From a virus, in IMG/VR virus record IMGVR_UViG_3300027996_003225: a DNA stretch of 64,000 bases; one strand, given 5' to 3'. The notes beneath the pieces were generated by a model that was not told where the DNA came from, did not search any database, and saw only the letters and a program-made list of their open reading frames with translations. Below are positions 29,972 to 37,817 of the stretch, in pieces. Position numbers and translations under genes: made by a program. How positions within the stretch are numbered: position 1 is the stretch's first letter; each line of letters opens with the position of its first letter.

Positions 29972-30190
29972 TCAATTATTTTCCGCAAATATCTCGTTAA
30001 AATAAGCCCTCGACGCTTCAGCGGTATCGTATCCGCTTGGATTAGTCTCCATGAAATCAGCAACATCTGCCGATGGACCAATTTGAACTAATTCTTCAAA
30101 GCATTCACGACATATGTAACCGTATGTATGAGAGTACCTTTCACACATGACGTTAGGACAATTTCCTCTGGCACAGGGAAGAACACTCAT
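29972..30190 (-). CDS. Small Cys-rich hypothetical protein
   Basis: C.R..C..C..C.EC. Confidence 0.6.
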   Translation of the reverse strand: MSVLPCARGNCPNVMCERYSHTYGYICRECFEELVQIGPSADVADFMETNPSGYDTAEASRAYFNEIFAENN

Positions 30191-30220
30191 TTCTTTTCCT
30201 TTGATATTAGAGTTTCAAAC

Positions 30221-30249
30221 ATCTTAAAAAAATGTCACGCATGAGTCAA
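30221..30249 (-). promoter_or_regulatory. Sigma70-like promoter
   Basis: TTGACT-17-TAAGAT upstream of 30190. Confidence 0.55.
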
Positions 30250-30284
30250 TAAAAAAAAGCTCAGTCATGCTTCATAACTCATAA

Positions 30285-30318
30285 TAAAAAAGCTCCCCTC
30301 GCAATGCGAGGGGAGCTT
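30285..30318 (-). terminator. Intrinsic terminator downstream of tmRNA
   Basis: AAGCTCCCCTCGC-3 nt-GCGAGGGGAGCTT stem plus T-run on minus. Confidence 0.85.
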
Positions 30319-30321
30319 CAG

Positions 30322-30677
30322 TGGACCGGACGGGAGTCGAACCCGTGTGTTGCGCTACCTATTCAAAAGCGTCTACCTGTATAGTTTGATGTTTGAGTTT
30401 CGCATCATTAAACCACAACAAACAAAGGTTTAAATCAACTATCAAACAACGAGTCTTAGTTCAAAAGTAGTTTGATTTGCTTTGAACGCATCCAGTATTG
30501 CGGCAAGTTGTCAAACGTCACTGGCAGACCTTTGAAACTTGGGCTACTTATAATTAAGCAGCCATAGCGAAATTAGTTTTGTCAACTAAATTTTTAATCG
30601 GATTTTTAAGGAGCCTTCCGATCAACTCCTACAGGCAACTCAAGAACTCAACAGCCAATCGATACCATTTCCAGCCC
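30322..30677 (-). ncRNA. ssrA: tmRNA (356 nt), tag (A)DKTNFAMAA*; CCA not fully encoded
   Basis: 5' GGGCTGG pairs with 3' CCGGTCC-A including G3:U70; T-arm ACGGG-TTCGACT-CCCGT; UAGUU precedes resume codon; tag ORF 30554-30583. Confidence 0.95.
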
Positions 30678-30687
30678 GTGTGTTTTA

Positions 30688-30716
30688 GTTATACGCAAAA
30701 AAGATATTTTTGTAAA
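30688..30716 (-). promoter_or_regulatory. Sigma70-like promoter of tmRNA
   Basis: TTTACA-17-TATAAC, 10 nt upstream of the mature 5' end. Confidence 0.6.
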
Positions 30717-30724
30717 CTTAATTT

Positions 30725-31045
30725 CTAATTTTTATGAGCATCTGCCCATTTTGAATCTTCTGGAATGTCGTGTGTTTTGACGTAATCTCGCCACTTTTCA
30801 TATCCATAAAGATCGATATATTCGCCTCTTCTTAGAGATCTTTTTTCTTCTGCCTGCTTGAGAATCTTTTTCCTATCTTGATCAAGCTTTGGATAATCGG
30901 CACGACCAGATTGCTGCGATGCTGCTGTATTCGCCCTCTTTAGCTTCTTTTCAAAAGATTTACTAGTTTTTCTCAACTCTTCCCGTCCTTCTAAGAACTT
31001 AGAAAAATTCATAAAATATTCAGTCTGTTTGTTGTGTGATTTCAT
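30725..31045 (-). CDS. Small basic protein (start at 31045, or at 31012 giving MNFSKFLEGREE)
   Basis: TATATAATAGT directly before ATG 31045; CTS-like motif at the second Met. Confidence 0.55.
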   Translation of the reverse strand: MKSHNKQTEYFMNFSKFLEGREELRKTSKSFEKKLKRANTAASQQSGRADYPKLDQDRKKILKQAEEKRSLRRGEYIDLYGYEKWRDYVKTHDIPEDSKWADAHKN

Positions 31046-31703
31046 ACTATTATATACCAGCATGGTAAAAATATATTCCAACATATTTCCAGGAAAAATC
31101 ACTGGCAGCGAATTCTGGAACAGGAATGGCCACTTAAATGACACCATCTGCTTTCTAAATGATTATTACAAATTTAATTTTTTATGTATACCCAAAAATG
31201 CCTCGAACACCATACGTAAAGAGCTTAATTCCAAAAGAGAAAAACTATTTTCCAAACTGAACAAGGATGAACAACTTTATCCAATTATCTGCTTTGTAAG
31301 ACCTGTGGATGATAGATTTTGGTCTGCTGTCAATACTATTTTGAGAAGAAAAAACGGCAGCACTAGAATGTTTTTAAGAAACTGCGATAGTATCGAGAAA
31401 TTAGCAGATTACATTGCCTCCGGTAACGACCCGCACCTTGCATCCGTTTCCGTCTTAACATCAAACATAAAACACACGGACATACGTTGGTATGATTTGA
31501 AGGTTTTAGACCAACTTAACATTTGCCACCCAAGCATAAATCGCAATTTTGACACTTTAGACACATTGAAGCAGCTTGACATATTTGGATCAAAAAAAAT
31601 CCAATCTTATTATGAAAAAGATTTTGAAATTTATGAAAACTCAAAAAAAGAGATTGAAAACATTAAGTTGAAGAAGTTATGTCATAAAAAAAGCCTGTTT
31701 TAA
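31029..31703 (+). CDS. Sulfotransferase family 2-like protein
   Basis: FLCIPKNASNTI (5'-PSB-like) and FVRPVDDRFWS (3'-PB-like). Confidence 0.7.
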   Translation: MLCDFILLYTSMVKIYSNIFPGKITGSEFWNRNGHLNDTICFLNDYYKFNFLCIPKNASNTIRKELNSKREKLFSKLNKDEQLYPIICFVRPVDDRFWSAVNTILRRKNGSTRMFLRNCDSIEKLADYIASGNDPHLASVSVLTSNIKHTDIRWYDLKVLDQLNICHPSINRNFDTLDTLKQLDIFGSKKIQSYYEKDFEIYENSKKEIENIKLKKLCHKKSLF

Positions 31704-31717
31704 AAACAGGCTTTTTT
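31686..31717. terminator. Bidirectional intrinsic terminator
   Basis: A-run-GCCTGTTT..AAACAGGC-T-run between convergent genes. Confidence 0.75.
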
Positions 31718-31742
31718 ATTTCGGCTTATGGAAATTCTTGTT

Positions 31743-32441
31743 TCATCTCATGTTCATATAGCTTTTCATGGCGTCAGGCATTCCATCTGGAAGTCTTCTT
31801 TCACTGTGTTTCGATCTTAATCTTTCGAGTGGACCCATTTCGTCATCCATGCCCTCTTCGTCGTCTTCCATGTCTTCGTCGTCAGCATCCATGTCCATTT
31901 CGTCGGCATCCATGTCTTCGTCGTCGGCATCCATGTCTTCGTCGTCAGCATCCATGTCTTCGTCGTCAGCATCCATGTCTTCGTCGTCAGCATCCATGTC
32001 TTCGTCGTCAGCATCCATGTCTTCGTCGTCATCCATGTCATCTTCAGTGCCCATGGGAGGACCAACCGCTTCGTTTTTATTTTGCATAAATGCATCAAAG
32101 CTTTCTGGCCATGTTTTTGCCTCTTTGCCGCTGGCATCTGTGTCTGGACTGTAGATTAAGTTTTTGTCGCCATCGTCTCCAAGTCCTTTTTCTTTGCCAC
32201 CATCTGCAACTTGCATCCCAGGGTCTTTACCAGCAGCTTTGTATGGTGCAGGCTTAGAAGTTTTACTTCCAGCTACGTCTTCCATACCTTTTCCATCATC
32301 CTTTAACTTACGACCAGCCTGAGACTTCTCTGGAGAAGCTGGGGTTGGACCGTCATAGTCAGCAACTTTTTTAGTGCTTGCCTTTTCTCTCGTCTTGCTT
32401 CTAGAGTCTATATACTCGTTCCAAGTTTTCCAATTGTTCAT
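31743..32441 (-). CDS. Acidic low-complexity protein with DMDADDE repeats; candidate internal head/scaffold-like protein
   Basis: MNNWKTWNEYID N-terminus; second WPESFDAFM motif precedes the acidic repeat. Confidence 0.7.
   Translation of the reverse strand: MNNWKTWNEYIDSRSKTREKASTKKVADYDGPTPASPEKSQAGRKLKDDGKGMEDVAGSKTSKPAPYKAAGKDPGMQVADGGKEKGLGDDGDKNLIYSPDTDASGKEAKTWPESFDAFMQNKNEAVGPPMGTEDDMDDDEDMDADDEDMDADDEDMDADDEDMDADDEDMDADDEDMDADEMDMDADDEDMEDDEEGMDDEMGPLERLRSKHSERRLPDGMPDAMKSYMNMR
31850..32043 (-). repeat. 21-bp coding tandem repeat, about 8-9 units (DMDADDE)
   Basis: catgtcttcgtcgtcagcatc repeated head-to-tail with no spacers. Confidence 0.9.
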
Positions 32442-32449
32442 CTTTTCTC

Positions 32450-32632
32450 CTAATGTGCATTTTCTGCTATTAGCATTATAATTAATAAAATGAGATAAAG
32501 CCCTAGGCCAGTGCCGAAAAATACAATGCCTAAAACAAATCCTAGTCTAACTGTTGTAGGGTTGATGTTTAAGTCTCTTCCCAATCCTGAACAGACACCA
32601 AACAAAACCTTATTGCCAAGATCTCTCTTCAT
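32450..32632 (-). CDS. PspC-domain membrane protein
   Basis: RD..NKVLFGVCSGLG..INPTTVRLGFV..GLGLYLIL. Confidence 0.88.
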   Translation of the reverse strand: MKRDLGNKVLFGVCSGLGRDLNINPTTVRLGFVLGIVFFGTGLGLYLILLIIMLIAENAH

Positions 32633-32698
32633 AATATACTCCTGTTTTATATTTAGTGTATTATGTGCTTTTTTTTTAAAGCATAAAGTATATATTGT

Positions 32699-33019
32699 AT
32701 GCAATTCAGAAAATGGCTAATAAAAGAAATGGCTCACATATCAATTGATGAACCAATCGACATTGGAGATCAAAAAAATGTATCTATGATTGATATGCAG
32801 TTTGAACTATATCCCGACATGACCCAGACAACTCTAGCTCACTGGATAGTCAACGGATTTGCCGCCAAAGTCCCAAATAGCAATTATTATATAGTTTTTG
32901 ACGGAAAAACAGGAAAAGCAAAGGTGTCCGATTCGACAGAGAACAAAATGCAAGTTCCTGGCGAATGGCACAAAATGGCTTATATGTCGAGCGATATGCC
33001 AGCTTGGAAATCTGCGTGA
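32699..33019 (+). CDS. Hypothetical protein with CTS-like N-terminus (MQFRKWLIKE)
   Basis: 106-aa ORF; AGTATATATTGT before ATG. Confidence 0.6.
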   Translation: MQFRKWLIKEMAHISIDEPIDIGDQKNVSMIDMQFELYPDMTQTTLAHWIVNGFAAKVPNSNYYIVFDGKTGKAKVSDSTENKMQVPGEWHKMAYMSSDMPAWKSA

Positions 33020-33020
33020 G

Positions 33021-34680
33021 TTATTGATCTGACCAAACACGATCAGTTCTTCCTAGAAAAGGCGCAGACTCAATTGCTTCGTCCATGGGAATGGGATCAA
33101 TATTCGAAAAAGATGGTTCTCCCGAAAATCTAAACTTAATTTGTTTTCCGCCACGAGCAGGACTCAAAAATCTAGAAAACAATAGACCATGCTTGATTGG
33201 ATCGACATCCGTTATCCCAAGACAGTAGCAACTAAGAGCACCAACTGCCGAGCCTCTTCCGGGACCGACTGCCGAAGAACCGCTGGAGCCATATGTCTCA
33301 AAGTACCATCTTCTGGCTTCATCGGTCATCATTTTTTGGATCAAAAAGTAAGAGGAAAAGCCTTTTTGGCAAATTAAAGAATATTCTTCTTCTATCCTAT
33401 CCAAATATTCTTTATTCCTAGGAATTTTCCTCTTAACAACCCCTTCTATGATTGATTCCTTAAACTTAATGTCAGATTCGCTAAATGCAGGAAGTTTGAT
33501 AGTTCTATCAAGCTTTACGCCTTTTGCTTTTTCGCAAAGGGCAACGGTATTTAACTTGGCCTGCTTAAGTATTTCGTAATCTATTACATCCTTGTAATCA
33601 CTTTCCCACTTCGCATTTATCTCTTCTTCTGACTTCATCCATAAGTTTGAATCTTGCAATTCGAACATATCAGCCATGTCATTCTGTGCCAACGCTTGTT
33701 CGATTTGCTTCATGGTTCTTCCTGTTTGAACCATAATCATCTTTCTCTGCATTTCGCTGTCTTCTTTGAGACAGTAGTGGCAATCATTTGTAACAATAAT
33801 TGGTAAATTATATTTTTGGCTGGCTTTTATTATAAACTCATCATAAGGCTTTTGTTTCGAGAAGTCTAAAAGCATTATTTCTAGATAGAAGTTTTCTCCG
33901 AACATGGCCATATATTTTTCGACCATCTCCATAGCTGGACCTTCGCCACCCACATCAAAAGCTTGTCCAATTTCACTGTTATAACAGCAAGAAGTGAATA
34001 TAATTCCTTCTTTATATTGCATGAGGACTTCGTGATTGACTCTGGGTTTCCTGTAGAAACCCCTCGTCCAACCCCAAGATGAAAGAGTAACCAGATTGCT
34101 GTAGCCTGTTTCATTATAGGCTATGGCAAGCAGATGATTCGATTTTCTTAACTTGGCTTGCTCTTCTTGCGTACCCAGACCTCTATTGAATTCCGTCATA
34201 GAAGGAATAGTGGTCGTGTCAGGCTGCAACTGATTTACATAAAGCTCACAAGCAAATATAGGCTCTAGGTTGTTTTCATCGCATGCTCTAATCTGGCGTG
34301 GGACAGAACCCATCGCACCATGATCTGATATGCATAAAAACTTTTGATTTACCTGTTTAGAATATTTTCCATATTCTTCAACAGTGGCGTATCCATCTAA
34401 GCACAAACTCCACAGTTTCTTGTGGTGTAGACTATATCATCACCCCGAAGGGTGTCGGACGCTCTGGCCTGTAATTAAGAGGACTGAACCTCTCAGGTAG
34501 TCGTTGCACGTTCCAAAAGTGTACTTCTGGCTTCGCTCAGGATTGCCCTCGACTTTACGTTAGGGTTTCCCTGAATTCATCCGATTTGCATGCAAGATTT
34601 CTCTCACATGGCCCCAGTTAGTTAAGGCTGAAATCAGTATGTCTGTGTAGATGTTCAAAACCTACAATCAGGTCTTTCAT
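33021..34680 (-). CDS. dnaE: DNA polymerase III alpha, N-terminal half (PHP plus start of palm); spliced: exon1 34625-34680, exon2 33021-34401
   Basis: Joined exons give MKDLIVGFEHLHRHTDFSLLDGYA; SDHG, ACEL, TSCC, NDCH, GPGRGS, YCLGITDVDP, FSRFLSPAR; GGAG SD before 34680. Confidence 0.93.
34402..34624 (-). mobile_element. Group I self-splicing intron, 223 nt, no internal ORF
   Basis: P: AATTCAGGGAA; Q: AATCCTGAGC; R: GTGCAACGACTA; S: ATGATATAGTCT; P1 with U.G, P2 (GAAA), P3 TCGGATG/CGTCCGA, P7, P8 (TTCG), P9, terminal G. Confidence 0.93.
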
Positions 34681-34740
34681 ATTTTACTCCTTTAGATTCA
34701 AGATACTTTTCAAATTCGCCAGCGTCATATTTGCCATTAT

Positions 34741-35265
34741 TTAATCTTTCCATTGTTTCCATTTGCCCGTCTTTTCATTTTTAAAGTAAAAAGCAGCTTT
34801 TGGATCTTGTGTGTCTACCTTGAAGAAAGGCTCAGATCCTTTTCTGTTTCTGCACCACTTGTTTTCAACAGGCGACTCCAGCATGGCTTCACGATTTACA
34901 ATGAACAGCCTTTTGTAATCGCCCCCGATTATCATCATATGAGTGGCATGCTCTTCTGCTTTGTCCCTTTTGCGGTAAGGGAAGTCCATTGTATGAAATT
35001 TGAAAGGAACGTCAAACCATTTTGTTCCCCAATCTTGCTTTATCTCGGCCTCAATTCTCCATTCACCGATACTCTTTTTTGAATGCGTTCCAGCAACATC
35101 CCATATCTTTTTAAATTTTCCTCTGCTCTCGTCTAAGTTCTCTGATATTTTTTTGAATCCACGTTGTTGTAAAAATTCCGTTGCCACTAGCTTTGCAGGT
35201 CCATCATACTTTTCGTACCTATCTTTGCAAAACCTTATATCATTAGGTTTTGGCATCAAATACAT
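34741..35265 (-). CDS. Putative PD-(D/E)xK nuclease
   Basis: WDVAG..RIEAEIK (D..ExK). Confidence 0.5.
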   Translation of the reverse strand: MYLMPKPNDIRFCKDRYEKYDGPAKLVATEFLQQRGFKKISENLDESRGKFKKIWDVAGTHSKKSIGEWRIEAEIKQDWGTKWFDVPFKFHTMDFPYRKRDKAEEHATHMMIIGGDYKRLFIVNREAMLESPVENKWCRNRKGSEPFFKVDTQDPKAAFYFKNEKTGKWKQWKD

Positions 35266-35969
35266 TCCTTAAACTTAGAGCATCTCCTTATCTTTGCTAT
35301 AGTTTCGAAACCTTTGGTTCCCAAAATCCCATCAGCAAAGCCGTAGTACACTGCCTCTTCCGCAGACATGTACCAATCACTCTTATCCTTGAGCTTTTTA
35401 TCTATCCAAGATATAATTCGTGATTCTGTGTATTCTTTCTCTAAAAAGAACTCTCCAATCTTACAGCGTCTAGCAAATATTTGCAACATACGTTTCATAT
35501 ATTTATTATTCATTTCCACAGCGGAGTTTACAGCTATGGAGTTATCATGCAAAGCTATAGAACCATGGTGAATCATGAATTCACAATTAGGCGTTAAAAC
35601 TCTTTTATCAGCCGCTTGCAACAAAATTCCACTCATAGAAGAAGCTTGTGCATAAGTAACAAACGTGACTGATGAGTTTGCAAATCTAATTGCATCAAAC
35701 ATCGCTAACCCATCGCACCAACTTCCGCCAGTAGAATGCATGTGTACCAGTACGTTTTCAGAATTCTGATTCTCTAAAACAGATAAATTTTTATTAAATC
35801 TAACTGCCATTCTGTAATCTACACCTGGTTCGGAATCGTCAGACAAAGGGCTTAAAGAACTGTGCAGAAAGAGTTCTCTTGTATAGTGATTGATATTGTG
35901 AGAGTGAACATCGCTGAGAAGCTGTTCAATTTCCGACTTTTTACGCAAACTATTTTTCGTTGTAGCCAT
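35256..35969 (-). CDS. clpP: ClpP-like ATP-dependent protease proteolytic subunit
   Basis: HSTGGS, QASSMS (Ser), FMIHH (His), DWYMSAEEAVYYGFAD (Asp); GGAGG SD. Confidence 0.88.
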   Translation of the reverse strand: MATTKNSLRKKSEIEQLLSDVHSHNINHYTRELFLHSSLSPLSDDSEPGVDYRMAVRFNKNLSVLENQNSENVLVHMHSTGGSWCDGLAMFDAIRFANSSVTFVTYAQASSMSGILLQAADKRVLTPNCEFMIHHGSIALHDNSIAVNSAVEMNNKYMKRMLQIFARRCKIGEFFLEKEYTESRIISWIDKKLKDKSDWYMSAEEAVYYGFADGILGTKGFETIAKIRRCSKFKECI

Positions 35970-36080
35970 CGCAACCTCCAAAAAAGTCTTTATTTAATTC
36001 ACTATTATATATCTGATTTATATTCTATTTATCTTTTTTAACTTCCTTCCTAGGAAAATATTAAAACTATTAACTTCAAA

Positions 36081-36121
36081 AATGTTCATAAGTCCTTTTA
36101 TTTAAAGAACTTATGAACATT
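36081..36121. repeat. 13-bp perfect inverted repeat
   Basis: AATGTTCATAAGT...ACTTATGAACATT between spoVR and clpP. Confidence 0.7.
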
Positions 36122-36219
36122 ATGATCTTTAGAGATCCCATTCTCAGCCTCAGATTGTTTATCACTCATTGCTTACATCCCTTTTGACTTTCTTTAATGC
36201 TTTTAGCAGGTCGAACACC

Positions 36220-37812
36220 CTATAGCGATTCGTATTCTTCTCTGGTCATGACGGCCACATCGCCATCCTGTGTTCCTACGCACCAATAAACTATTTCTTC
36301 GTCATCGGAACCAGTAGTAGACAACACCACATCATTCCCCCAAATGAATCTTAAAGACTTTAAAGTGGGGATTAAATCCGGCTCATACAAGCCTCTGCCA
36401 TCGGAGTTGTGCTCTAGCAACATGACTCCCTTGCCTTGGTGGTTTGGATCTACTAGATATATCTCTGGCAAGCCTCCATTCAAATGTCTTTTGATCAACT
36501 TACTTTTGATTGACTTGTGGTCACGATTTTCAATCTTGTACTCGCCATTTGGATATCTTTTCCATTCAAAAAACTCATATTTATTACAAAAATCTTCTGT
36601 GAAAAACTCCATCAAAGCTGTTAGGTCATTATATTGCTTTCGAACATCAAATATTTTATCTCTGCCTAGACCTAGATTCTTATCCCAATTTTCTTTTTCT
36701 ACTATATTGCTACATTCTTCGTACTCTTGGCCAAACTTGCCTTTATTCCACCTCTCTTCGATATCCAACAAAAGACAGAATCCTAGCTTATAAGGATTCA
36801 TCGAATACTTGCCTCCGAGAACGCCCATCTTGTGAGCGGAGTATTCAACGATGCCGCAGTCTTCGCCTGTCTGCCCTAAGCCACAAAGTCCCATTTCACA
36901 CATTACTGTATAATCTGTAAAGCTTGCCCATCCTTCGTTGAGCATTTTTGTAACTCTTTGAGGCGAAAAATATAAACTTTCCTCATACATCATGGAAAGA
37001 ATGTCTGACTGCCAAGGTTTCAAAGGAGCACTATCTCTTAAAAATCCCATAATGTCTTTAGTTGGATTTTTAAATATTCCAATTTGCTGTGCGGCCTCAT
37101 CTCGACTAATCTTTTCTTTTTGGCCATCAATCCATCTTTTAGGATTGATATAAGGCTCCATGTAATCACGGTCAGAATTTACACCTAACCTTTTAGGCTG
37201 CTTGTAGGTTCTCTCATCTTGTATGACACGATCTTTTACAACCTTTTCTTCCCAAGCCTTCGCTGAGTCTATCAAAGTTTCAATCGAGCAGCAGTGGTCG
37301 ATAAATTCTGTAACTTTCTCCACGCCCCAACGCTGCATGTATTTTCGGATGCGGGTTCCATGATTAGCAAGTTGGTTCATCATATTTTGCGAGGTGGGCG
37401 CAAAATATATGTTGTTCTTAAAAAAGTCATTGTGGCCTAAAGCGTGAGCAATAACCGTAACATTATCCACCAGCGTATTTGAATCCAAACAGTAGATGTA
37501 ACAAGGATTGGTATTAATAACCATTTCATAAATTCGGTGCATCCCATGCTCGTAACCTTTTTGAAGGCTTTCGTATTCCATTCCCCATTTCCAGTGTGGG
37601 TAACGAACTGGAAATCCTCCGTAAGATGCAACTTCACTTATTTCATCGTAAGTCAGCATCTGAACAACGGTGGGATAAAAATCGCAGCCGAAGTCTTTAA
37701 CTGCCTTGAATATGTCAGGCATAATCTTCTTAATCTCACTAGGAAGCTGAACGCCTGGCACAGTGCTGTCACCGAGAAGCAGAGAAGAGCCTCTGAAAAA
37801 TTTACTAGACAT
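36220..37812 (-). CDS. spoVR: SpoVR/YcgB family protein
   Basis: GGFPVRYPHWKWG, IYEMVIN, HALGHNDFFKNN, TKMLNEGWAS, NPYKLG. Confidence 0.95.
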   Translation of the reverse strand: MSSKFFRGSSLLLGDSTVPGVQLPSEIKKIMPDIFKAVKDFGCDFYPTVVQMLTYDEISEVASYGGFPVRYPHWKWGMEYESLQKGYEHGMHRIYEMVINTNPCYIYCLDSNTLVDNVTVIAHALGHNDFFKNNIYFAPTSQNMMNQLANHGTRIRKYMQRWGVEKVTEFIDHCCSIETLIDSAKAWEEKVVKDRVIQDERTYKQPKRLGVNSDRDYMEPYINPKRWIDGQKEKISRDEAAQQIGIFKNPTKDIMGFLRDSAPLKPWQSDILSMMYEESLYFSPQRVTKMLNEGWASFTDYTVMCEMGLCGLGQTGEDCGIVEYSAHKMGVLGGKYSMNPYKLGFCLLLDIEERWNKGKFGQEYEECSNIVEKENWDKNLGLGRDKIFDVRKQYNDLTALMEFFTEDFCNKYEFFEWKRYPNGEYKIENRDHKSIKSKLIKRHLNGGLPEIYLVDPNHQGKGVMLLEHNSDGRGLYEPDLIPTLKSLRFIWGNDVVLSTTGSDDEEIVYWCVGTQDGDVAVMTREEYESL

Positions 37813-37817
37813 ATTTT

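Noticed and set aside
31850-32043. CRISPR array
   Set aside because: Head-to-tail 21-bp units with no unique spacers, in frame inside a CDS; no cas genes
31768-32154. Shadow ORFs 31768+, 31817-, 31829+ and those over 58798-59050
   Set aside because: By-products of stop-free coding repeats on other frames
28250-33150. Intein, frameshift or second intron joining the two dnaE halves
   Set aside because: No intein blocks (N-terminal Cys/Ser block, HN-C/S/T). 4.5 kb of independent genes, promoters and terminators lie between them, and I saw no intron core motifs or flanking direct repeats
34402-34406. ORF-track start MCLDG (TTG at 34406) for dnaE-N
   Set aside because: It lies in the intron 3' end; the real start is ATG 34680 with a GGAG SD, and exon 1 supplies the HxH motif
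34655-34753. 32-aa ORF MERLNNGKYDAGEF... and 17-aa ORF 34684-34737
   Set aside because: Both overlap neighbours, have no homology evidence and cannot be distinguished from chance
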